Source: an archaeon (GTDB taxonomy: Archaea > Asgardarchaeota > Thorarchaeia > Thorarchaeales > Thorarchaeaceae). Taken from it: a stretch of 64,000 bases of DNA. Position 1 is the first letter of the stretch; every line of letters begins with the position of its first letter. Below the pieces are notes generated by a model that saw only the letters and a program-made list of their open reading frames with translations, was not told the DNA's origin and made no database searches. The DNA is taken from positions 1 through 64,000 of the forward strand of contig JAJRWI010000015.1 of NCBI GenBank assembly GCA_024276825.1, written 5' to 3'. Positions 38,352 through 48,613 of the stretch are shown here, in pieces. The position numbers and the translations under genes are program-made.

Positions 38352-38669
38352 TCATAGGAGAGAGGCGAGTTTAGCAACTGCCTCATCAAACTTGGCCTTT
38401 GATGTGACGATAGAGTCAGCTCCATAGTCAGGCAGGACCTTTAGTTCCTCAATCAGCAGTGCAATGGCCTTTGTTGGTGGAATCTCTTTCTTGTCAAGGG
38501 AGCCATCAGGAAAAGTGATTGATGCCTCAACCCAAGTTTCATGAGTGTCATCAGTAGGAAAGAGACAATAGATGTAGTCAGAGTTGCAGCAAATGAATGA
38601 TGGTGTATGGCTCCATGCCTGATCCAGAAGTTGTCCGAATTCCTTTGCATTCTCGGTCTTGTCTGCCAT
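38352..38669 (-). CDS. Hypothetical protein
   Basis: 105-aa ORF with GAGG SD. Confidence 0.7.
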   Translation of the reverse strand: MADKTENAKEFGQLLDQAWSHTPSFICCNSDYIYCLFPTDDTHETWVEASITFPDGSLDKKEIPPTKAIALLIEELKVLPDYGADSIVTSKAKFDEAVAKLASLL

Positions 38670-38746
38670 TTAATATCCCTCAACTGCAATTTGATTGTAG
38701 TCAAATTGGCCTTATGACCTTTTCTAAAACAGACTGCAAAGTTCTT

Positions 38747-39325
38747 TCATGGTCTATGCCAGATAAATGAGTAATATGCTATCTCACCATTCTTCTTTAT
38801 GGTGGCAATTATGAACTTTTTTCTAACACTAGTTGCAAGCCGGCCCGCCCTGACAATGTCCAGAGGAACAACCCCTTTTTTCTGCGGAATAACATGGATA
38901 AGGAATGGTGCATGATCAATGCCAGGCCCATATTCATAGACTGCAAAATCCGTGCCAAACTTCATTCCAGGCCTGACGATAAAACCACGTTCTCGAAGTT
39001 GGAAGTAAACGAGAAATCTGTCATAGAACTCATCAGTCATTTCAAGACCTTTTGCAATGATTTCGTCAAAAGTCAATGTTTTGTCTTCTTGGGGATGAAT
39101 CACTCTTAGCCAGCCAATTTTTGTGAGATATGCGCACTCAATTAATGAGAGTTCAAGGGGTTTATCAAACTCAAAGGACTTTGGCTTTCTAATGCCGACT
39201 GGTTGTCCGAAATAGCCTGATGCGTAGAGTTTCATACCTTCTTCTGGATTCCAGACTATCGCTCTATCACCAATGAAGTCAGCCGTTGCATTGATCTCTC
39301 TTTCTTCCACTTGATAACCAACCAC
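38747..39325 (-). CDS. endA: tRNA-intron endonuclease
   Basis: GMKFGTDFAVY, GPGIDHAPF, RLATSVRK catalytic Y/H/K. Confidence 0.93.
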   Translation of the reverse strand: MVGYQVEEREINATADFIGDRAIVWNPEEGMKLYASGYFGQPVGIRKPKSFEFDKPLELSLIECAYLTKIGWLRVIHPQEDKTLTFDEIIAKGLEMTDEFYDRFLVYFQLRERGFIVRPGMKFGTDFAVYEYGPGIDHAPFLIHVIPQKKGVVPLDIVRAGRLATSVRKKFIIATIKKNGEIAYYSFIWHRP

Positions 39326-39326
39326 A

Positions 39327-39989
39327 TTAGATGTTTAGTGTGAGAGACAGACCGCGGATGGTGTTCGCTGCATCCTCACTAAAATTGGATATCTCTTCAA
39401 GGGTGTTAATCATATCGCGCGCCCTGAGAATCTTTGCAATGCCAATGTTGGCATTATAGAGGAGTTTGATGATCTTTCGTTGGATGATATCAATATGCTT
39501 CTCAATTGTACATATCTCATTCGTGTAGTTGAGAGAGGTTTCCAAATTGATTGAGAGAAATCGAACTGCTTCTCTCTGCTGGGTCACTATTGATAGTACT
39601 TGATTGCTGATTTCTTTCAAGTGCTCCCTGAGTTCACCATCTGGCGACCATGACTCACAGACATCGGCTAGATGATAACATGCTATCTCAGCACCATCAA
39701 TGAGTTTGTCTTGCAGGAACACTAGGCGCAAAAGGTCTTCACGCTGCATCATAGAGTTGGCACTGGCCAGTTCTGAGAGAATGCGCTGCTTCATCTCATT
39801 TCCTTTCTCTTCAAGATCGGTTATCTTTCTCAAAGTGTCCTCGCTAACAGCGCTGTTCGAATCAAGCCATTCAGACATCGAGTTGGCAACAATCCTGTTT
39901 GCCGAGAGAGCGATTCTAATGTGCTCTTCAATCATCTGAGTGATGTTAGCCAGTTCAGCGGTCAGGAATCGCTTCTCATCTAAGACCAA
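39327..39989 (-). CDS. DUF47/PhoU-like helical protein
   Basis: LEEKGNE...REDLLRL...DKLID and EKHID repeats. Confidence 0.8.
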   Translation of the reverse strand: MVLDEKRFLTAELANITQMIEEHIRIALSANRIVANSMSEWLDSNSAVSEDTLRKITDLEEKGNEMKQRILSELASANSMMQREDLLRLVFLQDKLIDGAEIACYHLADVCESWSPDGELREHLKEISNQVLSIVTQQREAVRFLSINLETSLNYTNEICTIEKHIDIIQRKIIKLLYNANIGIAKILRARDMINTLEEISNFSEDAANTIRGLSLTLNI

Positions 39990-40068
39990 TATTCATACCT
40001 CACAGCGCAATTGCATTTTGGGGTCAGTTTTAAATGTTGGGTAGCTGGTCAAAACATGAGGAAAATCT

Positions 40069-40854
40069 ATGGAACTATGGCAGATAATAGCAGCACTACT
40101 TCAAGGGCTGGTCGAATGGTTGCCAATAAGCAGTGAGGGACAAGTCATATTATTTCTGTACAATTTCAGCTCGGTTCCTGTTAGCGAGCTCTTGACTGTA
40201 GTGGTATGGCTACATCTGGGCACAGCTATGGCAGTCATTGTACGCTATCCAAGGGTGATTCTTGATGTGCTCAGTCTGCGGGACAGAGTACTGTTCAGGA
40301 ACATCCTGATTGCAACAGTCTTTACCACTATCACTGCCATTCCCCTTTATCTACTTCTAAAGACCACGCTTGCAGGATTTAATGGTGAGGCCATCAATGT
40401 TCTGGTGGGCATCCTCTTATTAGTCACTGCACTGATGCTGTACATACCTACTAGACATGAGGGGGAAATAGATGAGAAAGAGGTCGATGACAAGGTTGCT
40501 GCTGCAACGGGACTCGTTCAGGGATTCTCTGTAATGCCTGGACTAAGCAGATCGGGCGTGACTGTATCGGCACTTTTGATGCAGAGGGTGAACAAGGAAA
40601 CCGCATTGAAGTTCAGTTTTCTCATCAGTGTGCCAGCAGTCTTTGGAATACTGTTCATTGAGGTTCTTACTGGTGGGGCCGTCATGCCATCAATACCCAT
40701 TAGTGATGTGATTGTAATGGAGATCATAGTATTTGTTACAGCATTGGTCTCAATGGAGTTCCTATTGCAGATTGCCAAGAGGGTCGCCTTTTGGAAACTT
40801 TGTCTGTTTCTTGCTATTGTGGCTATTGTGTTTGGGCTACCCGCTCTATTCTGA
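40069..40854 (+). CDS. uppP: Undecaprenyl-diphosphatase (BacA family)
   Basis: QGLVEWLPISSEG and PGLSRSG. Confidence 0.92.
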   Translation: MELWQIIAALLQGLVEWLPISSEGQVILFLYNFSSVPVSELLTVVVWLHLGTAMAVIVRYPRVILDVLSLRDRVLFRNILIATVFTTITAIPLYLLLKTTLAGFNGEAINVLVGILLLVTALMLYIPTRHEGEIDEKEVDDKVAAATGLVQGFSVMPGLSRSGVTVSALLMQRVNKETALKFSFLISVPAVFGILFIEVLTGGAVMPSIPISDVIVMEIIVFVTALVSMEFLLQIAKRVAFWKLCLFLAIVAIVFGLPALF

Positions 40855-41592
40855 CCTCTTCTGAAACATGATGGCAATGGGAGCGTTGGCCTTTCGCCAT
40901 TCCACTAGTTTGCCCTCATACTCGAGGGGGATCGGTGTCCTCCCGTGATTACCAATTATCACGAACAATGTATCATCACGGGCCTGTCGCATCAGGACTT
41001 TGACCCAATTATCGGTGCGACGCACTATCTTTTCAAGCAGTGTCTGTGGGGGTGTTCGATGTCCATATTGGGCATACAGGCTCTCAAAGTCGAGAAAGTG
41101 AATATAGAGTAGTTCACTTCTGAATATGTATTTTGTAGACTCAATATATGCGTTCATGTCATTATGAACTGGAATTGTGTACTCGGTTTCAAAATCAAAG
41201 GTGCCCACATCATCCTTGTGACATATCGCACGCGTAAACTTCCCATGTCGCTTGACATATGACAACAGATGGAACCCAGTCTTCTGGGAGCCTTGGAGAA
41301 CAGTTGTTATCAGAGGGATTGCATAGGGATCATCAGTGTTGAGTAGTGCAAGGGCCTCCATTTTCTTGATCATGGTTTCGGGCTTGTACACCACGGCCTC
41401 AAAGAGGCCAAAGTTGTCTATCATAATCATGACTATGGACTTTGGACTGAATCTGCCCACAATCTCATCATCAGGGCTGGGAAGACCCTCAGGCACTGTC
41501 AGGTCCAGCATCTTAAGAATGGTCGCAGGGATCTCTTCTGCAGTGGTTTCAACTCGTGGTAGCGTCAAATCTAGTCGTTGTAGGAGATACAT
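40846..41592 (-). CDS. Alkaline-phosphatase-superfamily-like hypothetical protein
   Basis: MIDNFG and IIGNHG resemble degenerate AlkP-fold motifs. Probable start is ATG 41592; the longer ORF overlaps the neighbouring gene. Confidence 0.55.
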   Translation of the reverse strand: MYLLQRLDLTLPRVETTAEEIPATILKMLDLTVPEGLPSPDDEIVGRFSPKSIVMIMIDNFGLFEAVVYKPETMIKKMEALALLNTDDPYAIPLITTVLQGSQKTGFHLLSYVKRHGKFTRAICHKDDVGTFDFETEYTIPVHNDMNAYIESTKYIFRSELLYIHFLDFESLYAQYGHRTPPQTLLEKIVRRTDNWVKVLMRQARDDTLFVIIGNHGRTPIPLEYEGKLVEWRKANAPIAIMFQKRSE

Positions 41593-41659
41593 AAACCATT
41601 CAAGAAGCTTTTGCAAACGTTGTGCCTTCGATACAAGCTTTAATAGGCGATGAGTCGCG

Positions 41660-42640
41660 GTGGCAATGATGATGACCATGCCCCTCAATGATATAATAAA
41701 TAATGAGAACATAAAGTTCATCCTTGCAGGTGGCAAGGGTGGCGTTGGCAAGACTAGCTGTGCTGGTGCTATTGCGTTGTTATCAGCCCAACAGGGATTC
41801 AGGACTCTTGTGCTGTCCACAGACCCCGCCCACAGCCTGAGTGATAGTTTTGATCAAGACCTCTCAGGTGGAGATGAGATCCCAATCAAGGGAGTCGACA
41901 AGCTGTGGGGGATGGAGATCAACACAGAAAGGGGCATGGAGGAGTTTCAGGCCACATTGAGCTCAGGGGCAGCGGGACCTGAGGCACAAATGGCCTCTCA
42001 GTTCCTTGGGGATATGGGGGGAATGTCGCCACCTGGCGCGGATGAAACAATGGCCTTTGGTAAAATGCTAGAGTATCTGGAAGACGCATCTTATGACAGA
42101 ATAGTGTTTGACACTGCACCAACAGGGCACACATTGAAACTACTCGAAGTGCCGGATCTTCTGGACACTTGGCTTGGAAAGATTATCACACTCAGACAGA
42201 GGCTCAGCTCCATGATGGCAGGATTTAGGGCAATGTTTGGAGGGGGTCAAGAGGAGGAGACCGCATGGGAGATGCTCCAGAGAACAAAGGAGAAGATCAA
42301 GAAGGCTCGTGAGGAACTGTCAAATCCTGAGCTCACGCAGTTTGTAGTAGTCATGATCCCCGAAGCAATGGCAGTCTTTGAAACCCAGAGGTTGCTGGCC
42401 AGTCTTAATGCTTGGGACATTCCTGCAAACAATATCATCGTCAATCAATTAGTGCCTGATAACCCGGACTGCCCATTCTGTTCCGCGCGTCGCAAGATGC
42501 AGCAGTCTAATCTTGCAGACATCAAGGACATCTACAAGGACCTGAGTATCATTGAGGTCCCGCTGTTTGACAGAGAGATAAGAGGAATTGACGAGTTAAA
42601 AAGACTGGGTGCGATACTGATTGGAGGAGATAGTGCATGA
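41660..42640 (+). CDS. Get3/TRC40/ArsA-family ATPase (single domain, Get3-like)
   Basis: GKGGVGKT, STDPAHSL, DTAPTGHT, Met-rich insert, CPFC dimer motif. Confidence 0.9.
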   Translation: MAMMMTMPLNDIINNENIKFILAGGKGGVGKTSCAGAIALLSAQQGFRTLVLSTDPAHSLSDSFDQDLSGGDEIPIKGVDKLWGMEINTERGMEEFQATLSSGAAGPEAQMASQFLGDMGGMSPPGADETMAFGKMLEYLEDASYDRIVFDTAPTGHTLKLLEVPDLLDTWLGKIITLRQRLSSMMAGFRAMFGGGQEEETAWEMLQRTKEKIKKAREELSNPELTQFVVVMIPEAMAVFETQRLLASLNAWDIPANNIIVNQLVPDNPDCPFCSARRKMQQSNLADIKDIYKDLSIIEVPLFDREIRGIDELKRLGAILIGGDSA

Positions 42641-42735
42641 GGTATTCACTAAGAAAAAAGATCTGCTCATTTGCCCTGCTGATTCTGTTCCTTGCATCAA
42701 TAGTGGCTGCTGCTTATCTAATATTCAAGCCATAG
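42637..42735 (+). CDS. 32-aa membrane microprotein coupled to the Get3-like ATPase
   Basis: ATGA overlap, SD GGAGGAG; MRYSLRKKICSFALLILFLASIVAAAYLIFKP. Confidence 0.6.
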   Translation: MRYSLRKKICSFALLILFLASIVAAAYLIFKP

Positions 42736-42755
42736 ATTAAAGGAGTCCTAGCAGG

Positions 42756-42899
42756 TCATACTCCTTTGACCCGTTTCACGACTGGAGGACGAATCTTGTA
42801 GAGAATGCGTCCACCACAGTATGGACACTTTACACCTGGGAGAGCCTTAAGACTTTCAGGAGTAACTTCTTTCTTGCAGGTGTGACAGACATAAACCAT
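42756..42899 (-). CDS. rpoP: DNA-directed RNA polymerase subunit P (Rpo12)
   Basis: Hand translation MVYVCHTCKK...VKCPYCGGRILYKIRPPVVKRVKGV. Confidence 0.92.
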   Translation of the reverse strand: MVYVCHTCKKEVTPESLKALPGVKCPYCGGRILYKIRPPVVKRVKGV

Positions 42900-42971
42900 T
42901 ACCAACCACCAAATGGGAGTGAGAGTAGAGGCAATAAGAAGTTTTGCTTAGAGAACATTGCACATCCATAC

Positions 42972-44555
42972 TTAGTCATCAACCACTACACCCAGCAAGA
43001 GCCCTTCACTTAAGACTTTCGTGATTTTGATGTCGAGTAAGGTTCCAGGTGAAAACCCCCCATGAACTGTCATTATAGGACCTTCGCCCAGAGGATAAAC
43101 GATTGAATATCCCTTTTTTGCCCATGATGGTTCTGCAACCACACCCCTTACTGTTTTACCCACATAGTCAGTCTTCTTTTCCCTATTGATCTCCTGAGCC
43201 ACCCTTCGCATCCTTTCAGCAAGTGGGTTTCTTAGAGTTGGTTCTGGAAAACTAGCAAATGCTGAATTGGGCAGAGGTCTGAATCCATAGAGAATCACTC
43301 GTTCAACGCCGATCTTGCTCAGCTCACGCATCATCGATATTGACTGCTCTACAGATTCTGGAGTCTCGCCAGGCAGACCGTAGATGAGATATACAAAGGG
43401 GTTCATTCCATATGACCTCGCAGTCCTTACAGCCCTAATGACATCATAGGGTGTACCACATTTTCCTATCTGTCGGGCGTGATGCTCAGACCCTGTTTCA
43501 AGACCAATGTTGGGAGAAGTTGTTGGAACGGACTTTGCAATCACTTGAGCCACATCATCAGTGAACAAACAGGCCTTAATGTTCTCTATCGCAAGGTGTG
43601 TGTTGTTGTTATCAAACTGAGGCAGCGAAACAATATCATTCAGCAAAGATGATATTGCGTCGAGATTGGGCTTGGGTTCGCACGCATCTGTCAGTGGATG
43701 ACTGCCGCGCATATAGTCCAAGAAGTCGGGGGCCTCAAGTACAATTCGATGTACGCCCAGCTCGAGAAGACCTCTGATTTCTTCCACTATGTCTGTTTTA
43801 GATCTACTGCGGGGAGGGCCCCAAGTAGAGGGCACACTGCAAAAGCCACAGCCAGGCGGTATATCTATAGGGCAATCCAGGCGGGTTTCGAGGTCTGCAG
43901 AGAAACAGTTTCCGCAATCATTGCATTGCCGGCCATCAGGAAGTTGTAATGCGGTGCGTTGAAAGTTCGAGCACCCCCTTAAAACTTCCACATAGACTTT
44001 GCTGGCCTGGTATGCTTGGTAGTCAACAATCCTGTCGACCGATGGTCTGAACTTAGACAGGTCATCTTCTGGGATCAGACTACGACGCCTATTGATTACG
44101 GGTTGTCCTGATTCAAAATAACCAATCCCAGTAATATGCGATAGGTCAATGCGCTCATCAAAGAAGTTTTTGCTAATGAGTTCAGTCAAGGTTCCTTCGC
44201 CCTCGCCTATAACGAGAACATCGGGATGCAATGCTTTTAGGACAGGTTTTGGATCTAATGCAATGGGACCTCCAACAATGACCAGTCCAGACTTATTTGC
44301 CCTTCGCCAAGATTGGATGACATGTCTGCATGAGTCAATGTCCATTGTCATGGCGCTAATAGTGAGATGACTGAACCTCTTGAGTTGCCTGCGGGAAGTT
44401 ATGTCTTCAGAACGGATAATCCTACATTCAAGATCATTGGCCTCAAAGATGCCAGCAATTGTTCTTGGCCCGCATCCTATGGAGTCACGCGAGCTCTTCC
44501 TCCTACCGTGACCTGCTGCAAGGGCATCTACAATAAGAATGCTTTCGACCATCAT
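42972..44555 (-). CDS. B12-binding radical SAM protein with C-terminal TRAM-like domain
   Basis: VGGP, GEGE, RGCS...CGFC with a Cys-rich insert, GLETGS, YGLPGET. Confidence 0.85.
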   Translation of the reverse strand: MMVESILIVDALAAGHGRRKSSRDSIGCGPRTIAGIFEANDLECRIIRSEDITSRRQLKRFSHLTISAMTMDIDSCRHVIQSWRRANKSGLVIVGGPIALDPKPVLKALHPDVLVIGEGEGTLTELISKNFFDERIDLSHITGIGYFESGQPVINRRRSLIPEDDLSKFRPSVDRIVDYQAYQASKVYVEVLRGCSNFQRTALQLPDGRQCNDCGNCFSADLETRLDCPIDIPPGCGFCSVPSTWGPPRSRSKTDIVEEIRGLLELGVHRIVLEAPDFLDYMRGSHPLTDACEPKPNLDAISSLLNDIVSLPQFDNNNTHLAIENIKACLFTDDVAQVIAKSVPTTSPNIGLETGSEHHARQIGKCGTPYDVIRAVRTARSYGMNPFVYLIYGLPGETPESVEQSISMMRELSKIGVERVILYGFRPLPNSAFASFPEPTLRNPLAERMRRVAQEINREKKTDYVGKTVRGVVAEPSWAKKGYSIVYPLGEGPIMTVHGGFSPGTLLDIKITKVLSEGLLLGVVVDD

Positions 44556-44713
44556 AGACTCAATATGCTATTCTAGTTATCAATGATTTGAAATTGAACT
44601 ATGATCAGTTCATCCATGTCAAAACCAGATAAAGATTCATATCCTTAGAACTTATATGGGACATAGTTCCATATACTTTCAATATAACAAAATAACAAGG
44701 AGTAAATCGCTGA

Positions 44714-45052
44714 GTGTCTGACGATGAGATATGTCCAAATTGTGGACTACCCAAGGACTTGTGTGTGTGCGAAACCATAGCACAGGAAGAAGCTCGAATA
44801 ACAGTGAGGGTCGAAAGACGAAAATGGGGCCGACTTACAACGGTCATTGAAGGTTTTGATAAGAATATTGACATTAATGAGTTGGCCACAAAACTGAAGG
44901 GAAAACTGGCATGTGGTGGCGCAGCAAAACATGGTCATGTCGAACTTCAGGGGGACCACCGCGGTGTGATTGTCAGCGTGCTCTCACAGATGGGCTTTCC
45001 TGAGGACACCATCACTGTTGATTGGACCTTTAGTCAATCAAGGCGCCGTTAG
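44714..45052 (+). CDS. sui1: Translation initiation factor SUI1/aIF1
   Basis: CGLPKDLCVC, LACGG, ELQGDHR. Confidence 0.93.
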   Translation: MSDDEICPNCGLPKDLCVCETIAQEEARITVRVERRKWGRLTTVIEGFDKNIDINELATKLKGKLACGGAAKHGHVELQGDHRGVIVSVLSQMGFPEDTITVDWTFSQSRRR

Positions 45053-45121
45053 TAATATTATCACTTACCAACAATATCCATTATGACGAGAGGAAGTTAG
45101 GAATTCATGATGATCTCAGAT

Positions 45122-46069
45122 CTATGAGATACTCAATGTGTCAATGCCTAGTTTCTGAACTAGCTCTTTGTATCTATTCCGCACGGTGACCTCTGTTACT
45201 CTCGCCACCTCGGCAATTTCTCGTTGTGTGCGCCGCTCATCAAGCATTATTGAAGCGATGTAGATTGCCGCAGCGGCCAACCCTAGTGGATCACGGCCAA
45301 TGGTCAGGCCAAAGTCTCGACCCCGTTCTAATAGTTCAATTGTTCTAAGCTGCACTCTGCTTGATAATGACAGTTCAGAGATGAATCTTCCAATATAGTC
45401 AACAGGATTGCTTAATGGGACCTTTAGATTTAGGCTTCTCAATAAAAGACGGTAACATTGTCCCAGCTTCTTTCTACTGACACGTGAGGCATCTGCCACC
45501 TCATCCAGGGGCCTTGGCTTCGAACGAATTCTACAAGCGGCATATATCGTGGCAGCGACCATGGCCTCAATCGATCGTCCTCTGACAAGCTTGTTTTGAA
45601 TTGACTTTCTGTACAAGAGTGCTGCCAATTCTCTGATCTGCGAGGGAATCTGAAGTTGTGAGGCAAGGCGCTCCAGTTCGTTCATGGCTTGAGCAAGGTT
45701 TCTATCAAGAGACGAGTGCACTCTTGAACGTATCTGCCATTTCCTTAATCGATAAATCTCCGAACGTCTTGTGGGGCTTAACTTGCGACCTGACATGTCT
45801 TGGTCCCGCCAGTCTATCATAGTGGATAGTCCTTTATCGTGGATGGTGTATCTTAATGGAGCACCGACCCTGCTTCGCGCATCTGACTCCTCAGCACTAA
45901 AGGCCCGCCACTCAGCTCCAGTGTCGATTCTCCGGTCGGATAATACAAGACCACACCCTCCACAGACTCTCTCACCCCGTGCAAGGTCATCATGAAAGAC
46001 TGTTGAGCCGCACTCAGGGCAGATATATTCACTGGAAGAAGTGTTTGCACCCTTCTTTCGCCCTGCCAT
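45122..46069 (-). CDS. tfb: Transcription initiation factor IIB (second paralog)
   Basis: CPECG...CGGCG, GAEWRAF, TEVTVRNRYK. Probable start is ATG 46069. Confidence 0.95.
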   Translation of the reverse strand: MAGRKKGANTSSSEYICPECGSTVFHDDLARGERVCGGCGLVLSDRRIDTGAEWRAFSAEESDARSRVGAPLRYTIHDKGLSTMIDWRDQDMSGRKLSPTRRSEIYRLRKWQIRSRVHSSLDRNLAQAMNELERLASQLQIPSQIRELAALLYRKSIQNKLVRGRSIEAMVAATIYAACRIRSKPRPLDEVADASRVSRKKLGQCYRLLLRSLNLKVPLSNPVDYIGRFISELSLSSRVQLRTIELLERGRDFGLTIGRDPLGLAAAAIYIASIMLDERRTQREIAEVARVTEVTVRNRYKELVQKLGIDTLSIS

Positions 46070-46284
46070 TACTTCTTGCGAACGATCCAATCCCAATCCT
46101 CTCTCCAAATGGTTTGGGTCGCAAAGCTGCCAGAAGTCAAAGAGAGGGTCAAAGTTCTAAGACAAGCTCCCAGACCACACTAATGTCTAAAGGTAAAATT
46201 TGCTTTTAATGATTGTGGGAAAAAGAGCATTAGGCATGAACTCACCACTTTAGCACAATAATTATGGATTTGCAGTATGCCATT

Positions 46285-47226
46285 TCAGGTGGTGCGTTCA
46301 CAACCATCTTCAGTGATTATGACTGTATGTTCATGTTGCGAAACAAACTCGCCCTTCTCTTCTGCAAGGATGTGGTGCGCAATGAGTGCACCATTCTGTT
46401 GAAGCTCACGGATTGCCATCTTTAAAGAAGCGTGTTTCATCTGCCTTGCAAGCCAACGTTCTGCAAATGGGAACTCCTTGTATGACTTGCGGGCAATTCC
46501 TAAGAACTGCTTGGTCCCTTTGAAACGGACAGGTACACGAATGGGTAAGAGTTGATAGATCTGTGGATTTGGCAGGTCAGTGACATTTCCAGAACCCGTG
46601 CTAGCGAATGTTTCTACAGCGTATACTTCACCCTCTTCAACGATGACCTCGGACTTTCCAGACACACAGGGAATCTGCTTTTCAGCATGAAGTTCCCACT
46701 CGTTTAATTGGTGTCCGCTGAGTTGCTTGATAGGCTTGAATCCTGCACTAACAATGGTGTCTTCAATGAGAGCGCCAATTGTGTTGAGTTTGGCGCCAGG
46801 ACGTAGCATCTTGATTGCGAGTTCGGTCGCTTCAACTGACGCATGAACAAGTCCTTCATAATCAGGGTTCAATGCGATAGTGAAGGCGGAGTCAGAGATG
46901 CATCCATCAATGTGGGCACCACAATCGACAGTGACAAGGTCTCCTTCTTGTATCACAGTTTCATCATTCAATGGTGATGTATAATGAGCGGCGATGTTGT
47001 TTATTGACACATTACAGGGGAATGAGAGACCTGTGGCATGTTCAAGAATATAGCCCTCAACAGCCTCCACAATATCAATCACTTTTGTGCCGGGCTTAAT
47101 CATAGGCCTTGCCATTTCAAGGGCCTCTCTTGCAACAACTCCCGCCTTGCGCCACTTGGCCCAGGGGTCGTCTGATTCCTCAGGCTCATTATCATCAACG
47201 GATTCAACAGGCTTCTCTTCCGGCAC
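46285..47226 (-). CDS. map: Methionine aminopeptidase type II
   Basis: AAHY, DCGAHIDG..SD, LSGH, AVETF, QHEHT. Confidence 0.95.
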   Translation of the reverse strand: MPEEKPVESVDDNEPEESDDPWAKWRKAGVVAREALEMARPMIKPGTKVIDIVEAVEGYILEHATGLSFPCNVSINNIAAHYTSPLNDETVIQEGDLVTVDCGAHIDGCISDSAFTIALNPDYEGLVHASVEATELAIKMLRPGAKLNTIGALIEDTIVSAGFKPIKQLSGHQLNEWELHAEKQIPCVSGKSEVIVEEGEVYAVETFASTGSGNVTDLPNPQIYQLLPIRVPVRFKGTKQFLGIARKSYKEFPFAERWLARQMKHASLKMAIRELQQNGALIAHHILAEEKGEFVSQHEHTVIITEDGCERTT

Positions 47227-47293
47227 AATATCACCTCAGACTACGAAGGTCAACTGAGTGCACATTATAAAAAGTGTTAGCTTGGTGATTAAT

Positions 47294-47692
47294 TTACAAG
47301 ATTGATTCTATACTTCTAGCCACACGGGTCATCATTAGCAACATGTAGCCAAGATTCACCTTCTTGTTGGTGAGAACAGCAAGCAGAGCATCTTTTCCTG
47401 CACCGCTAATTATGATGTATCCATGCTCACCCTCGATAAACATTCTCACAAAACCACCGCGTTTCAGTTCATCGAAGACGCGACTTGTTGCATCTTGAAT
47501 CTGCATGGATCGACCAGCAATCACGTCTTCTTCAGGAACTTGGCTCTTGTCAACTTTCTCCGGATAATGGCTACAAATGGGAAGTCCTTGAGAAGTAGAG
47601 ATAATCATGCTTGCCTGCACATTACCCTGGGAGGCACGGTTGAGTCCCTCTAGCAGATTGATCAGTTGTTGGGTCTTACTTGACAAATTCAT
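47294..47692 (-). CDS. Roadblock/LC7 domain protein
   Basis: IISTSQGLPI...IEGEHGYIII...LAVLT...NLG pattern. Confidence 0.85.
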   Translation of the reverse strand: MNLSSKTQQLINLLEGLNRASQGNVQASMIISTSQGLPICSHYPEKVDKSQVPEEDVIAGRSMQIQDATSRVFDELKRGGFVRMFIEGEHGYIIISGAGKDALLAVLTNKKVNLGYMLLMMTRVARSIESIL

Positions 47693-47752
47693 TCCTCCCG
47701 TGGTGAGGTAATAATGTTACTAGATTATTTAAACATGAATGGTGTCAACTAT

Positions 47753-48523
47753 TCAAATCTTTTCAGCACCCACTGCTTTAAGACCTTCTATGATGTTTCG
47801 AAGTCCCTTGCCCTTGTCCTCAAGAATGTGCTTCTCAAGGTAGGTTCCTTGTACGACAATCGAAGCGCCTGCCTTAACAGCATTGACGACAGACTCGCGA
47901 TCATTAAAACCACCGCCCGTAATCAAGGGTATGTTGGTGAGCTGAGACACAACAGAGATGAATTCTGGTGGAACGCCGCCTCCCTCAGCACCACTACCAG
48001 CCTCGAGATAAACAAGTTTGAAGCCTATCAGTTCTGCCGCCATGGCATATGCCAGTGCAAGCTTTGGCTTGTCCCTTGGAAATACCTTGGCGTCTCCGAC
48101 CCATGCTGCGGTCTTACCAGGTGCAACTAGGAGATATGCCATAGAGATAGGTTCAATCTCACTGAGCTTGACGTTAGCTGCCGCTAGAGCCTGTGCGTGA
48201 ATAATCCAATATGGGTTAGTACTATTCAGAAGACTCATGAAGAACATGGCGTCTGCGTATCTCGACACTCCAGATATGTTGCCTGGGAACAATATGGTTG
48301 GAATCTCAACAGCATCGGTGATTGCCTTGACTGCCTCATCGATGATCCCGAAGGCAGTGCTGCCTCCAATCATTATGGCATCAGTGCCTGCCGACTCTGC
48401 AAATCTAGCAATCTTCACACAGGACTCAACACCCATCTTCAAGGGATCTGGGTCAATCAGACTGAAATGAAGAGCTCCCTCTTTATTGAGCTTCTCAGTG
48501 ATGTAATTCCATACTCTTCCCAT
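47753..48523 (-). CDS. Geranylgeranylglyceryl phosphate synthase
   Basis: LIDPD, IGGST, FPG, YLEAGSG, GGG. Confidence 0.93.
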   Translation of the reverse strand: MGRVWNYITEKLNKEGALHFSLIDPDPLKMGVESCVKIARFAESAGTDAIMIGGSTAFGIIDEAVKAITDAVEIPTILFPGNISGVSRYADAMFFMSLLNSTNPYWIIHAQALAAANVKLSEIEPISMAYLLVAPGKTAAWVGDAKVFPRDKPKLALAYAMAAELIGFKLVYLEAGSGAEGGGVPPEFISVVSQLTNIPLITGGGFNDRESVVNAVKAGASIVVQGTYLEKHILEDKGKGLRNIIEGLKAVGAEKI

Positions 48524-48613
48524 TCTAATGGTCTCCTAGAGTTAGAAAGGAGCACGGATGTCCTTCTTTTTATCATTTTGGTGCTCAAGTAATGAGTACA
48601 AATCTCAGATTTT

